The position numbers and the translations under genes were made by a program. Shown in pieces: positions 44,005 to 55,114 of a stretch of DNA of 64,000 nt (position 1 is the first letter of the stretch; every line of letters starts with the position of its first letter). The notes beneath the pieces are model-generated. The model had not been told where the DNA came from, ran no database searches, and saw only the letters and a list, made by a program, of their open reading frames with translations. Origin of the DNA: Escherichia coli (GTDB taxonomy: Bacteria > Pseudomonadota > Gammaproteobacteria > Enterobacterales > Enterobacteriaceae); NCBI RefSeq assembly GCF_013315695.1, contig NZ_CP054353.1; one strand, 5' to 3'.

Positions 44005-44991
44005 ATGAAATTACGCTCTGTAACCTACGCATTATTCATTGCTGGCCTGGCTGCATTTAGTACATCTTCAATGGCGGCGCAATCTTTACGTTTCGGTTAT
44101 GAAACCTCACAAACCGACTCGCAACATATTGCGGCGAAAAAATTCAATGATTTATTGCAGGAGAGAACCAAAGGCGAGCTGAAATTAAAACTGTTCCCGG
44201 ACAGCACTCTCGGTAACGCGCAGGCGATGATCAGCGGCGTACGTGGCGGCACCATCGATATGGAAATGTCCGGCTCGAATAACTTTGCCGGGTTATCACC
44301 AGTGATGAACTTGCTTGATGTCCCTTTCCTGTTCCGCGATACCGCTCACGCGCATAAAACGCTCGACGGCAAAGTCGGTGATGATCTGAAAGCCTCACTT
44401 GAAGGTAAAGGACTAAAAGTACTGGCCTACTGGGAAAACGGCTGGCGCGATGTCACCAACTCGCGCGCACCGGTTAAAACCCCCGCCGACCTGAAAGGGC
44501 TGAAAATCCGCACCAACAATAGTCCGATGAATATCGCAGCATTCAAAGTCTTTGGCGCTAACCCGATCCCGATGCCGTTTGCCGAAGTCTATACCGGGCT
44601 GGAAACGCGCACTATCGACGCTCAGGAACACCCGATCAACGTCGTCTGGTCAGCAAAATTTTTCGAAGTACAGAAGTACCTTTCTCTGACGCACCACGCC
44701 TATTCGCCACTTTTGGTGGTGATCAACAAAGCGAAGTTTGATGGCTTAAGCCCGGAATTCCAGCAGGCGCTGATCTCATCTGCGCAGGAAGCGGGTAACT
44801 ACCAGCGCAAACTGGTTGCTGAAGATCAGCAAAAAATCATCGATGGCATGAAAGAAGCGGGCGTGGAAGTCATCACCGATCTCGACCGCAAAGCCTTTAG
44901 CGACGCGCTGGGTAATCAGGTTCGCGACATGTTTGTTAAAGATGTTCCGCAGGGTGCTGATCTGCTGAAAGCCGTGGATGAGGTGCAATAA
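44005..44991 (+). CDS. yiaO: TRAP transporter periplasmic solute-binding protein YiaO
   Basis: 328 aa with signal peptide, DctP family. Confidence 0.93.
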   Translation: MKLRSVTYALFIAGLAAFSTSSMAAQSLRFGYETSQTDSQHIAAKKFNDLLQERTKGELKLKLFPDSTLGNAQAMISGVRGGTIDMEMSGSNNFAGLSPVMNLLDVPFLFRDTAHAHKTLDGKVGDDLKASLEGKGLKVLAYWENGWRDVTNSRAPVKTPADLKGLKIRTNNSPMNIAAFKVFGANPIPMPFAEVYTGLETRTIDAQEHPINVVWSAKFFEVQKYLSLTHHAYSPLLVVINKAKFDGLSPEFQQALISSAQEAGNYQRKLVAEDQQKIIDGMKEAGVEVITDLDRKAFSDALGNQVRDMFVKDVPQGADLLKAVDEVQ

Positions 44992-44994
44992 ACC

Positions 44995-46491
44995 ATGACG
45001 CAATACTGGCTGGGGTTAGATTGTGGCGGTAGCTGGCTGAAAGCCGGGCTGTATGACCGCGAAGGCCGGGAGGCAAGCGTGCAGCGCCTGCCGCTGTGCG
45101 CATTAAGCCCGCAGCCAGGCTGGGCAGAGCGCGATATGGCAGAACTGTGGCAATGCTGCATGGCTGTCATTCGCACCCTGCTTACTCATTCTGGTGTCAG
45201 CGGGGAGCAAATAGTGGGTATCGGTATCTCCGCACAGGGAAAGGGCTTGTTTTTGCTGGATAAAAACGACAAGCCGCTCGGGAATGCTATTTTGTCCTCG
45301 GACCGCCGGGCGATGGAAATCGTTCGTCGCTGGCAGGAAGATGGCATCCCGGAAAAACTCTACCCGCTGGCCCGACAAACCTTGTGGACCGGGCATCCGG
45401 TGTCGCTGTTACGCTGGCTGAAAGAGCACGAACCAGAACGCTACGCGCAAATTGGCTGCGTGATGATGACGCACGACTACCTGCGCTGGTGTTTAACTGG
45501 CGTCAAAGGCTGTGAAGAGAGCAATATTTCTGAGTCCAATCTCTACAACATGAGTCTTGAGGAATATGACCCGTGCCTCACCGACTGGCTGGGGATCGCT
45601 GAAATCAACCACGCCCTGCCGCCTGTTGTCGGATCTGCCGAAATTTGCGGGGAAATCACCGCTCAGACAGCCGCACTGACCGGTCTGAAAGCGGGCACCC
45701 CCGTTGTCGGCGGCCTGTTTGATGTGGTTTCCACCGCACTCTGTGCCGGGATCGAAGACGAATTTACCCTCAATGCGGTGATGGGCACCTGGGCGGTGAC
45801 CAGCGGCATAACCCGTGGTTTACGTGACGGTGAAGCGCATCCGTATGTCTATGGTCGCTACGTTAACGATGGTCAATTTATCGTTCACGAAGCCAGCCCC
45901 ACCTCTTCCGGCAACCTCGAATGGTTTACCGCACAGTGGGGAGAAATCTCGTTTGATGAGATTAACCAGGCCGTTGCCAGCTTGCCGAAGGCCGGGGGCG
46001 ATCTCTTTTTCCTGCCGTTCCTGTACGGCAGCAACGCCGGATTGGAGATGACCAGCGGTTTCTACGGGATGCAGGCCATTCATACCCGCGCACACCTGTT
46101 GCAGGCCATTTATGAAGGGGTGGTATTCAGCCATATGACCCATCTCAACCGGATGCGCGAACGTTTTACTGATGTGCACACCCTGCGCGTCACTGGCGGC
46201 CCGGCGCATTCCGATGTCTGGATGCAAATGCTGGCGGACGTCAGCGGGCTGCGTATCGAACTGCCGCAGGTGGAAGAAACCGGCTGCTTTGGTGCGGCAC
46301 TTGCCGCCCGCGTCGGCACCGGAGTTTATCGCGATTTCAGCGAAGCCCAACGTGACTTACAGCACCCGGTACGCACCCTGCTGCCGGATATGACCGCACA
46401 TCAGCTTTACCAACAAAAATACCAACGCTATCAGCATCTCATTGCCGCACTTCAGGGCTTTCACGCCCGCATCAAGGAGCACACATTATGA
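44995..46491 (+). CDS. lyxK: L-xylulose/3-keto-L-gulonate kinase
   Basis: 498 aa FGGY-family carbohydrate kinase. Confidence 0.93.
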   Translation: MTQYWLGLDCGGSWLKAGLYDREGREASVQRLPLCALSPQPGWAERDMAELWQCCMAVIRTLLTHSGVSGEQIVGIGISAQGKGLFLLDKNDKPLGNAILSSDRRAMEIVRRWQEDGIPEKLYPLARQTLWTGHPVSLLRWLKEHEPERYAQIGCVMMTHDYLRWCLTGVKGCEESNISESNLYNMSLEEYDPCLTDWLGIAEINHALPPVVGSAEICGEITAQTAALTGLKAGTPVVGGLFDVVSTALCAGIEDEFTLNAVMGTWAVTSGITRGLRDGEAHPYVYGRYVNDGQFIVHEASPTSSGNLEWFTAQWGEISFDEINQAVASLPKAGGDLFFLPFLYGSNAGLEMTSGFYGMQAIHTRAHLLQAIYEGVVFSHMTHLNRMRERFTDVHTLRVTGGPAHSDVWMQMLADVSGLRIELPQVEETGCFGAALAARVGTGVYRDFSEAQRDLQHPVRTLLPDMTAHQLYQQKYQRYQHLIAALQGFHARIKEHTL

Positions 46492-47150
46492 GCCGACCAC
46501 TTCTGCAACTGGCCCTCGACCACTCATCACTTGAAGACGCACAGCGCGACGTGATGCTGTTAAAAGGCAGCGTCGATATCGTCGAAGCGGGCACCATTCT
46601 CTGTTTAAACGAAGGGCTTGGCGCGGTGAAAGCCTTGCGCGAACAGTGCCCGGATAAAATCATCGTTGCTGACTGGAAGGTCGCCGACGCGGGTGAAACG
46701 CTCGCACAACAGGCGTTTGGCGCGGGTGCCAACTGGATGACCATCATCTGCGCTGCGCCGCTCGCGACGGTGGAAAAAGGCCACGCCATGGCGCAACGCT
46801 GCGGTGGTGAAATTCAGATAGAGCTGTTCGGTAACTGGACGCTGGACGACGCCCGCGACTGGCATCGTATTGGCGTGCGGCAGGCCATTTATCATCGTGG
46901 TCGTGATGCACAGGCCAGCGGGCAACAGTGGGGCGAAGCCGATCTGGCACGCATGAAGGCACTTTCCGATATCGGCCTTGAGCTTTCCATTACCGGCGGG
47001 ATTACCCCTGCTGACCTGCCGCTGTTTAAAGATATCCGCGTGAAAGCCTTTATTGCCGGGCGGGCGCTGGCAGGCGCAGCAAATCCGGCGCAGGTGGCTG
47101 GCGATTTCCATGCACAAATTGATGCCATCTGGGGAGGTGCGCGTGCGTAA
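46488..47150 (+). CDS. sgbH: 3-keto-L-gulonate-6-phosphate decarboxylase
   Basis: 220 aa, OMP decarboxylase-like. Confidence 0.93.
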   Translation: MSRPLLQLALDHSSLEDAQRDVMLLKGSVDIVEAGTILCLNEGLGAVKALREQCPDKIIVADWKVADAGETLAQQAFGAGANWMTIICAAPLATVEKGHAMAQRCGGEIQIELFGNWTLDDARDWHRIGVRQAIYHRGRDAQASGQQWGEADLARMKALSDIGLELSITGGITPADLPLFKDIRVKAFIAGRALAGAANPAQVAGDFHAQIDAIWGGARA

Positions 47151-48003
47151 TCATCCGTTAGGGATTTATGAAAAAGCGCTGGCGAAAGATCTCTCCTGGC
47201 CGGAGCGGCTGGTGCTGGCAAAAAGCTGTGGCTTTGATTTTGTCGAAATGTCGGTGGATGAAACCGACGAACGGCTCTCACGTCTTGACTGGAGCGCCGC
47301 ACAACGTGCTTCGCTGGTCACTGCGATGATCGAAACGGGTGTTGCCATTCCGTCAATGTGCCTGTCTGCCCATCGTCGTTTTCCCTTTGGCAGCCGGGAC
47401 GAGGCAGTGCGCGAACGGGCGCGGGAAATCATGAGTAAAGCGATTCGCCTGGCGCGCGATCTCGGCATTCGCACCATCCAGCTGGCAGGTTATGACGTCT
47501 ATTACGAAGACCACGACGAAGGCACCCAACAACGTTTTGCTGAAGGGCTGGCGTGGGCAGTCGAACAGGCGGCGGCATCACAAGTCATGCTGGCGGTGGA
47601 GATTATGGATACCGCGTTTATGAACTCCATCAGCAAATGGAAAAAATGGGACGAGATGCTCGCCTCGCCGTGGTTCACCGTCTACCCGGACGTCGGCAAC
47701 CTCAGCGCCTGGGGCAATGATGTTCCCGCCGAACTGAAACTGGGCATTGACCGTATCGCCGCGATCCACCTGAAAGACACCCTGCCAGTCACCGGGCAAA
47801 GCCCCGGACAGTTCCGTGATGTGCCGTTTGGCGAAGGCTGCGTCGATTTCGTTGGCATCTTCAAAACGCTGCATGAACTGAACTATCGCGGATCATTTCT
47901 GATTGAGATGTGGACCGAAAAAGCCAAAGAGCCGGTGCTGGAGATTATTCAGGCGCGGCGCTGGATTGAAGCGCGTATGCAGGAGGCCGGATTTATATGT
48001 TAG
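47143..48003 (+). CDS. sgbU: L-xylulose-5-phosphate 3-epimerase
   Basis: ORF 47053..48003; GTG start at 47143 ([15 protein letters not shown]...) gives 286 aa; overlaps the sgbH stop. Confidence 0.85.
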   Translation: MRNHPLGIYEKALAKDLSWPERLVLAKSCGFDFVEMSVDETDERLSRLDWSAAQRASLVTAMIETGVAIPSMCLSAHRRFPFGSRDEAVRERAREIMSKAIRLARDLGIRTIQLAGYDVYYEDHDEGTQQRFAEGLAWAVEQAAASQVMLAVEIMDTAFMNSISKWKKWDEMLASPWFTVYPDVGNLSAWGNDVPAELKLGIDRIAAIHLKDTLPVTGQSPGQFRDVPFGEGCVDFVGIFKTLHELNYRGSFLIEMWTEKAKEPVLEIIQARRWIEARMQEAGFIC

Positions 48004-48692
48004 AGCAACTAAAAGCCGACGTGCTGGCGGCGAATCTGGCGCTTCCCGTTCATCATCTGGTGACGTTCACCTGGGGCAATGTCAGCGCGGTAGACGAAAC
48101 GCGGCAATGGATGGTAATCAAACCTTCCGGCGTCGAGTACAACGTGATGACCGCCGACGATATGGTAGTGGTTGAGATAGCCACCGGTAAGGTGGTGGAA
48201 GGCAGAAAAAAACCCTCGTCCGACACGCCAACGCATCTGGCGCTTTACCGTCGCTATGCCGAAATTGGCGGTATTGTGCATACCCACTCGCGCCACGCCA
48301 CCATCTGGTCGCAGGCCGGGCTGGATCTCCCCGCCTGGGGCACCACGCACGCTGATTACTTCTATGGTGCCATCCCCTGCACGCGACAGATGACCGCAGA
48401 GGAGATCAACGGCGAGTATGAATACCAGACCGGCGAAGTGATCATTAAAACCTTCGAAGAACGTGGGTTGAACCCGGCACAAATCCCGGCTGTACTGGTG
48501 CATTCTCACGGCCCGTTCGCCTGGGGAAAAAACGCCGCCGATGCGGTGCATAACGCCGTGGTGCTGGAAGAGTGCGCCTATATGGGCCTGTTCTCGCACC
48601 AGCTTGCGCCGCAGCTCCCTGCGATGCAAAACGAACTGCTGGATAAGCACTACCTGCGTAAACATGGGACCAATGCCTATTACGGGCAGTAA
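47997..48692 (+). CDS. sgbE: L-ribulose-5-phosphate 4-epimerase
   Basis: 231 aa class II aldolase/adducin-fold epimerase. Confidence 0.93.
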   Translation: MLEQLKADVLAANLALPVHHLVTFTWGNVSAVDETRQWMVIKPSGVEYNVMTADDMVVVEIATGKVVEGRKKPSSDTPTHLALYRRYAEIGGIVHTHSRHATIWSQAGLDLPAWGTTHADYFYGAIPCTRQMTAEEINGEYEYQTGEVIIKTFEERGLNPAQIPAVLVHSHGPFAWGKNAADAVHNAVVLEECAYMGLFSHQLAPQLPAMQNELLDKHYLRKHGTNAYYGQ

Positions 48693-48696
48693 TCCC

Positions 48697-48720
48697 TCAC
48701 GCCGGGGCTTCATCGCCCCG
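48697..48720. terminator. Hairpin between convergent sgbE and the AraC-family gene
   Basis: gccgggg-cttcatcg-ccccggc stem-loop in the 31-bp gap between the two stop codons. Confidence 0.5.
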
Positions 48721-48723
48721 GCA

Positions 48724-49539
48724 CTACGAATTGATATGTTCCTTGCTGTAACGCCGCTTCCACGCTGCTGGCGTTAAACCAGTGTGTTTGCGAAAAATCT
48801 GCCGGAAATAGCCAACGTCATTAAACCCGCACAACGCCGCCACTTCAGTGAGCGATCGCGCTTCGCTAATTAACAGCTTTTCGGCTTCGCGCACTCGCTG
48901 GCGATGAATTGCTTCTGTTAACGTCAGATGAAACACCCGCCGATAGACGCGCCCAAGATAATCGGCATTGCAGTACAGCTCGCGGGCTAAAAGCGCCGTG
49001 GAAAGCGGGCGGTGATATTGCGTGCGAATCAGTTTCTGTGCTTTCCAGGCAAGGGTGGTGCCTGCACCATCGGCCTGTTCATCAAGACGCGCGTCACGGG
49101 TGAGCTGCTGCAAAATCAGCAGCACAATAAACTCCAGCGCCGGAGTGCGTTGATGCTTTTCCTGTTCGCTTAAGAACTGGCGAAACAAGGCCACCAGCAC
49201 CTGCGGATCGGCAACCTTAGTTTGTTGCGGCACGCTAAGATGAGTGAGCCAGCGCGGATCGTTGTCCGGCGCTTTAACCTCAAAATGCAGCCAGTAAAAT
49301 TTGAGATCGGCGGGAAAATCCTCCACCCCAACATGCTGTCGGTTCGGCCAGAGTAATAAACTCTCTCCCGCATCGACCAGAAATATCCGCTCTTCTTCCT
49401 GAATCGCTAATCGACCTTTTTCGACAAAGATAATTTCCCATGACTCCAGCCGCCTTGCCGGATGCCTCCCTACGCCACGGGAAATAAATAATCCACCATT
49501 TTGCACTTTAATCGGTAACGTCATGGATAATTCGAGCAT
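48724..49539 (-). CDS. AraC/XylS-family transcriptional regulator (N-terminal cupin-type sensing domain plus C-terminal HTH); accessory relative to K-12
   Basis: 271 aa; C-terminal AraC HTH signature (..TLTEVAALCGFNDVGYFRQIFRKHTGLTPAAWKRR); divergent from the transporter gene. Confidence 0.85.
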   Translation of the reverse strand: MLELSMTLPIKVQNGGLFISRGVGRHPARRLESWEIIFVEKGRLAIQEEERIFLVDAGESLLLWPNRQHVGVEDFPADLKFYWLHFEVKAPDNDPRWLTHLSVPQQTKVADPQVLVALFRQFLSEQEKHQRTPALEFIVLLILQQLTRDARLDEQADGAGTTLAWKAQKLIRTQYHRPLSTALLARELYCNADYLGRVYRRVFHLTLTEAIHRQRVREAEKLLISEARSLTEVAALCGFNDVGYFRQIFRKHTGLTPAAWKRRYSKEHINS

Positions 49540-49764
49540 TGATATGTAATTTCCCGCTTATTCATTAATGATTAAACACATTACCTTTTGATTATTAATC
49601 AAAAACATTAATTTCACCTGATCCAATTCACACTTTTAAATTCAGGTCGGAATCGTCACCTTTTTTTACTCTTTTCTCGCCTTGTTGATATTCCCGTTCA
49701 CGGCAGAATTAATCATGTCATTGCAATAAAACTAAAAATTGCTCCCTATTCACGAGGAATATCT

Positions 49765-51165
49765 ATGACCTCTACACCGATTACTACCGCTGATATCGCT
49801 AAAGGTAAAATTGACGATGCGTTATCTGTACGGGAAAAAATAGGCTACGGCCTGGGTGACGCAGGCGGCACCGTAATAACTTGCCTGATCATGAACTTTC
49901 TCACCTTTTTCTACACCGACGTTTTTGGCTTAACTCCGGCGCTGGTCGGCACGCTGTTTATTGCACTGCGCGTGTTTGATGCCATCTCCGACCCGGTGAT
50001 GGGCGTCATTGCCGACCGGACGCAAAGTCGCTGGGGGCGCTTTCGTCCGTGGCAGTTATGGATTGCCATTCCCATCGGCATTATCGGCATCCTGACGTTC
50101 ACCGTGCCAGATGCCAGCATGGGAGTAAAAATCGCCTGGGCGTTCGGTACTTACCTGCTCCTTTCAGTCGGTTATACCGCCATCAACGTACCGTACTGCG
50201 CGCTGATCAACACCATGACCACCCGCCACAATGAAGTGATCTCCTGCCAGTCCTGGCGATTCGTTCTCTGCGGCGTAGCGGGATTTCTGGTTTCGGTAGG
50301 CTTACCGTGGATGGTAGATCTCTTCGGGCAGGGTAATGCCGCGCGCGGCTATCAACTGGGCGTCGGCGTATTGTGCGCCATTGCCGTGGTGATGTTCCTG
50401 TGCTGTTTCTTCTGGGTTCGTGAACGGGTGCCGCTCTCCACAATGGGGAAATTTACCCTGCGCGAACATCTTGCCGGGCTGCGGAACAACGACCAACTGC
50501 TGCTGATGCTGGTCATGTCTTTCCTGCTGATTAACGTCTTTAATATTCGCGGCGGTGGGTATATGTACTTCATTACCTACGTCTTACAAGGCAGTACGGG
50601 CTACACGTCGCTGTTCTTCACCATGGTCACCTTCGCCTCCATTATCGGCTCGGTGATTGTCAGCCCATTAACGCGGCGTTTCGATACCGTCAAAATTTAT
50701 TACTACACCAACCTGCTCCTCGCTTCACTGGCGGTGTTGATGTGGTTCCTGCCCTCCGGCCCGGCTTATCAAACGCTGTGGCTGGCGGTGATCCTCGGTA
50801 ATGGCGTGATTCTTGGCTTCACATTGCCACTGCACTTCTCATTGATGGCCTTTGCCGATGACTACGGCGAGTGGAAAACCCGCGTACGTTCTTCCGGCAT
50901 GAACTTCGCCTTCAATCTGTTTTTCATCAAGCTGGCCTGGGCCTCCAGCGCCGGGATCATCAGCCTGCTGTTTATTTTTGTCGCCTACCAGCCAGGCGTG
51001 GAAAACCAGACCACCAGTTCGCTTGGCGGGATCGCGGCGATGGAAACATTGCTGCCTGCGCTGTTCCACCTGCTGCTGGCGATGGCGATCCGCTTTTGCA
51101 AACTCAATAACCCTATGATGTCACGCATTGCTAGCGACCTGCGTCAGCGTCATGTACAGCCTTAA
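49765..51165 (+). CDS. Glycoside-pentoside-hexuronide (GPH) family cation:sugar symporter; accessory
   Basis: 466 aa, 12 TM, MelB/YicJ-like N-terminal motif GYGLGDAGG and DxxxD...R pattern. Confidence 0.85.
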   Translation: MTSTPITTADIAKGKIDDALSVREKIGYGLGDAGGTVITCLIMNFLTFFYTDVFGLTPALVGTLFIALRVFDAISDPVMGVIADRTQSRWGRFRPWQLWIAIPIGIIGILTFTVPDASMGVKIAWAFGTYLLLSVGYTAINVPYCALINTMTTRHNEVISCQSWRFVLCGVAGFLVSVGLPWMVDLFGQGNAARGYQLGVGVLCAIAVVMFLCCFFWVRERVPLSTMGKFTLREHLAGLRNNDQLLLMLVMSFLLINVFNIRGGGYMYFITYVLQGSTGYTSLFFTMVTFASIIGSVIVSPLTRRFDTVKIYYYTNLLLASLAVLMWFLPSGPAYQTLWLAVILGNGVILGFTLPLHFSLMAFADDYGEWKTRVRSSGMNFAFNLFFIKLAWASSAGIISLLFIFVAYQPGVENQTTSSLGGIAAMETLLPALFHLLLAMAIRFCKLNNPMMSRIASDLRQRHVQP

Positions 51166-51175
51166 GGAGCACAAG

Positions 51176-53155
51176 ATGAACATTTCGGAAGTCGATCTGC
51201 ATAAACTGACGGTCAGCGATCCGTTCCTCGGTCAGTACCAACAACTGGTCCGCGATGTGGTGATTCCTTATCAGTGGGACGCCTTGAACGATCGTATCCC
51301 AGAAGCGGAACCCAGCCATGCGATTGAAAACTTTCGCATTGCCGCAGGACTGCAAGACGGTGAATTTTACGGGATGGTGTTTCAGGACAGCGACGTCGCC
51401 AAATGGCTGGAAGCGGTAGCCTGGTCGCTGTGCCAGAAGCCGGACGCCGAACTGGAAAAAACCGCCGACGAGGTGATTGAACTGATCGCTTCCGCCCAGT
51501 GCGAAGATGGCTATCTCAATACTTACTTTACGGTAAAAGCGCCCGAAGAACGCTGGAGCAATCTGGCGGAGTGTCATGAACTTTACTGCGCCGGTCATCT
51601 GATTGAAGCCGGAGTCGCCTTCTTCCAGGCTACGGGCAAGCGGCGCTTGCTGGAAGTAGTTTGCCGTCTGACCGATCATATCGACAGCGTATTTGGTCCA
51701 GATGAAAGTAAGTTACACGGTTATCCTGGTCACCCGGAAATTGAACTGGCACTAATGCGCCTGTATGAAGTGACCGAAGAGCCGCGCTACCTGGCGTTGA
51801 CGAACTATTTTGTCGAACAGCGTGGTGCGCAACCGCACTATTACGACCAGGAATATGAAAAGCGCGGGCAGACCTCGCACTGGCACACCTACGGCCCGGC
51901 GTGGATGGTGAAAGATAAAGCCTACAGCCAGGCGCATTTGCCCATCGCACAGCAACAAACCGCCATCGGACATGCAGTACGCTTTGTATATCTGATGACT
52001 GGCGTCGCACATCTGGCGCGTTTAAGTCACGATGAAAGCAAGCGTCAGGATTGCCTGCGGCTGTGGAACAATATGGCCCAGCGTCAGTTATATATTACCG
52101 GCGGCATTGGCTCACAAAGCAGCGGCGAAGCGTTCAGCAGCGATTACGATCTGCCGAATGACACGGTTTACGCCGAAAGCTGTGCTTCCATCGGCCTGAT
52201 GATGTTCGCCCGGCGAATGCTGGAAATGGAAGGCGACAGTCAATATGCCGATGTGATGGAGCGCGCACTGTACAACACCGTGCTCGGCGGCATGGCGCTG
52301 GATGGCAAACATTTCTTCTATGTGAATCCGCTGGAAGTACATCCAAAATCGCTGAAATTCAACCATATCTACGATCACGTTAAGCCGATCCGCCAGCGTT
52401 GGTTTGGTTGCGCTTGTTGTCCGCCAAATATCGCCCGCGTGCTAACCTCGATTGGTCATTATCTCTACACGCCGCGTGAAGATGCGTTGTATATCAACAT
52501 CTACGCAGGAAACAGCATGGAAGTGCCGGTAGAAAATGGCACGTTGCGTCTGCGGGTTAGCGGAAACTATCCGTGGCAGGAACAGGTGACAATTGCGGTT
52601 GAATCGCCCCAGCCGGTGCGTCATACGCTGGCTTTACGTCTGCCGGACTGGTGCACACAGCCGCAGATCATATTGAATGGGGAAGAGGTCGAGCAGGATA
52701 TTCGTAAAGGGTATTTGCACATTACCCGCGAATGGCAGGAGGGCGACACGCTGAATCTAACTTTGCCAATGCCAGTACGTCGCGTTTACGGTAACCCGCT
52801 GGTGCGTCACGTCGCCGGAAAAGTGGCGATTCAGCGCGGCCCGCTGGTTTATTGCCTGGAACAGGCCGACAACGGCGAGTCACTGCATAACCTGTGGCTG
52901 CCCGCCGATGCGCCATTTACGACATTTGAAGGTAATGGATTGTTCCGCCATAAGATCTTAATCCAGGCACCGGGTTACCGGTATGAACAGAGCAATCCAG
53001 AGCAGCAACCGCTGTGGCATTACGACAGTGCGCCAGCCAAACGCCAGCCGCAAACTCTGACGTTTATCCCGTGGTTTAGCTGGGCTAACCGGGGTGAAGG
53101 CGAAATGCGGATCTGGGTGAATGAGGAAAAGCATTGCCATCCGGAGGTTGGATAA
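51176..53155 (+). CDS. Glycoside hydrolase family 127 (DUF1680) protein, putative beta-L-arabinofuranosidase; accessory
   Basis: 659 aa from MNISEV (AAGGAG ribosome-binding site 8 bp upstream); contains ESC...WFGCACCPPN, consistent with the Glu/Cys3 zinc site and catalytic Cys of GH127 enzymes; 10 bp downstream of the symporter gene. Confidence 0.8.
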   Translation: MNISEVDLHKLTVSDPFLGQYQQLVRDVVIPYQWDALNDRIPEAEPSHAIENFRIAAGLQDGEFYGMVFQDSDVAKWLEAVAWSLCQKPDAELEKTADEVIELIASAQCEDGYLNTYFTVKAPEERWSNLAECHELYCAGHLIEAGVAFFQATGKRRLLEVVCRLTDHIDSVFGPDESKLHGYPGHPEIELALMRLYEVTEEPRYLALTNYFVEQRGAQPHYYDQEYEKRGQTSHWHTYGPAWMVKDKAYSQAHLPIAQQQTAIGHAVRFVYLMTGVAHLARLSHDESKRQDCLRLWNNMAQRQLYITGGIGSQSSGEAFSSDYDLPNDTVYAESCASIGLMMFARRMLEMEGDSQYADVMERALYNTVLGGMALDGKHFFYVNPLEVHPKSLKFNHIYDHVKPIRQRWFGCACCPPNIARVLTSIGHYLYTPREDALYINIYAGNSMEVPVENGTLRLRVSGNYPWQEQVTIAVESPQPVRHTLALRLPDWCTQPQIILNGEEVEQDIRKGYLHITREWQEGDTLNLTLPMPVRRVYGNPLVRHVAGKVAIQRGPLVYCLEQADNGESLHNLWLPADAPFTTFEGNGLFRHKILIQAPGYRYEQSNPEQQPLWHYDSAPAKRQPQTLTFIPWFSWANRGEGEMRIWVNEEKHCHPEVG

Positions 53156-53159
53156 GGCG

Positions 53160-53270
53160 CTCGCGCCGCATCCAACGTAGGGTGCACATTGCCTGATGCG
53201 ACGCTTAACACGTCTTATCAGGCCTACAAGTCGGTGCGAGAGCGTAGGCCAGCCGCACCGACATCCACCG
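53160..53270. repeat. REP-type palindromic elements between the GH127 gene and yiaT
   Basis: gcgccgcatccaacgtaggg... / gcctgatgcgacgcttaacacgtcttatcaggcctac... REP-like units. Confidence 0.7.
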
Positions 53271-53275
53271 GTGAA

Positions 53276-54016
53276 TTAAAAACGCCAGCTCACGCCGGTG
53301 ACAAAGGTAAAACTCTCATTACGATCAACCATCGGGCTGTCGGTAATCTCTTCCGGCAGCTCGCTGTATCCGGCGCTCGCCATCAATACGACGTGCTCTC
53401 CTATCGGGTATTTTGCCGTCAGGCTGACATAGGGCACCCAGGCATCCTGCGCGGAATAACTTGCCAGACCGCTACGACGGGACTCACTCTCTGAAATGCC
53501 ATAGTAATAGTCACTGAAATTCTCGTCATAATAGAGAACGCCCAGCGCAGGTGTCAGCGACAGGCGACCTATCTGCATTTTGTGGAATACCGATAGCTCC
53601 CCCACCCAGCCGTTGCTGTTATCCAGAACGTCCGCAGCCGCAGAGGCTTTCACGGTTCCCCAACGCTCGTGGTGATACCAGGCAACCCCCGCCATAGCCG
53701 TACTATCACGCTTATCAAGCTGTTGCATGGCATAATCGTCATTATCGGCAGGGTCAAATTCCAGCGGCATCCAGGATGCGGTCAGGCTAAGTTCATTTTT
53801 TTCACTTTGCGACAGAATAAAACCTAACGTGGTCTGACGAACATAAAAAGTATCACCTTCATAACTAATCAGCGGAATTGCCTTTGTATTTTCATTATAA
53901 CCGCGATAAGGCGATTCATTATAAGCCGCACCAGCACCAATGGATAATTCAGAAGCAGTTGCACTTGCCATAAAAGGCAACGCAAATAACACCACAATAT
54001 TGCGGTTAATTAACAT
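53276..54016 (-). CDS. yiaT: MipA/OmpV-family outer membrane protein YiaT
   Basis: 246 aa with signal peptide and C-terminal aromatic residue. Confidence 0.9.
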   Translation of the reverse strand: MLINRNIVVLFALPFMASATASELSIGAGAAYNESPYRGYNENTKAIPLISYEGDTFYVRQTTLGFILSQSEKNELSLTASWMPLEFDPADNDDYAMQQLDKRDSTAMAGVAWYHHERWGTVKASAAADVLDNSNGWVGELSVFHKMQIGRLSLTPALGVLYYDENFSDYYYGISESESRRSGLASYSAQDAWVPYVSLTAKYPIGEHVVLMASAGYSELPEEITDSPMVDRNESFTFVTGVSWRF

Positions 54017-54139
54017 GTCCGGTATTCCATTTTAAAATAAGATAAAAAAGAGTCGGCATAGTAATGCTTACAATTTCTCCGGTGCAAGATTCATATTTAT
54101 ATAGTAATATATAAAATTATATATAATTGGACTGTTGCG

Positions 54140-55114
54140 ATGACAAAATTACAACTTAAGTACCGGGAGTTAAAAATTATCTCGGTAATCGCTGCCAGTG
54201 AAAATATCAGCCATGCCGCGACTGTACTTGGCATCGCACAGGCCAACGTCAGCAAATATCTTGCTGATTTTGAATCAAAAGTGGGTTTAAAAGTCTTTGA
54301 CCGAACCACCCGACAGCTGATGCTCACACCTTTTGGCACCGTGCTGTTACCGTACATCAACGACATGCTGGACAGAAACGAGCAGCTTAATAATTTTATT
54401 GCAGATTATAAGCATGAGAAACGTGGTCGGGTCACTATCTATGCACCAACCGGCATAATTACCTATTTATCCAAACATGTAATCGATAAAATTAAAGATA
54501 TCGGTGATATCACCTTATCGCTAAAAACCTGCAATCTTGAGCGTAATGCCTTTTATGAAGGCGTCGAATTTCCCGATGATTGTGATGTTTTAATCAGCTA
54601 CGCCCAACCAAAAGATGAATCGCTGGTTGCCAGTTTTATTACCCAATATGCCGTAACCGCTTATGCCAGCCAGCGCTATCTTGGGAAACATCCCATTAGC
54701 CGTCCTGACGAACTCGAACATCACTCCTGTATTTTGATCGACTCGATGATGATCGACGACGCGAATATCTGGCGCTTCAACGTCGCCGGGAGTAAAGAGG
54801 TGCGGGATTATCGCGTGAAGGGAAATTACGTTTGCGACAACACGCAATCTGCGCTGGAGCTGGCACGAAATCACCTGGGGATTGTGTTTGCGCCAGACAA
54901 AAGTGTGCAGAGCGACCTGCAAGACGGCACGCTGGTGCCCTGCTTTCAGCACCCGTATGAATGGTGGCTGGATCTGGTGGCTATCTTCCGTAAACGGGAA
55001 TACCAGCCCTGGCGGGTCCAGTATGTGCTGGATGAAATGCTGCGTGAAATTCGCCACCAGCTTGCTCAGTCGCAGCAACTGCGGCCTGAACAAGCGGCGG
55101 AAAGCGAAGATTAA
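54140..55114 (+). CDS. yiaU: LysR-family transcriptional regulator YiaU
   Basis: 324 aa, N-terminal HTH and LysR substrate domain. Confidence 0.9.
   Translation: MTKLQLKYRELKIISVIAASENISHAATVLGIAQANVSKYLADFESKVGLKVFDRTTRQLMLTPFGTVLLPYINDMLDRNEQLNNFIADYKHEKRGRVTIYAPTGIITYLSKHVIDKIKDIGDITLSLKTCNLERNAFYEGVEFPDDCDVLISYAQPKDESLVASFITQYAVTAYASQRYLGKHPISRPDELEHHSCILIDSMMIDDANIWRFNVAGSKEVRDYRVKGNYVCDNTQSALELARNHLGIVFAPDKSVQSDLQDGTLVPCFQHPYEWWLDLVAIFRKREYQPWRVQYVLDEMLREIRHQLAQSQQLRPEQAAESED

Noticed and set aside
46605-47117. 170-aa minus-strand ORF inside sgbH
   Set aside because: Antisense within a tightly packed, translationally coupled operon; no independent support.
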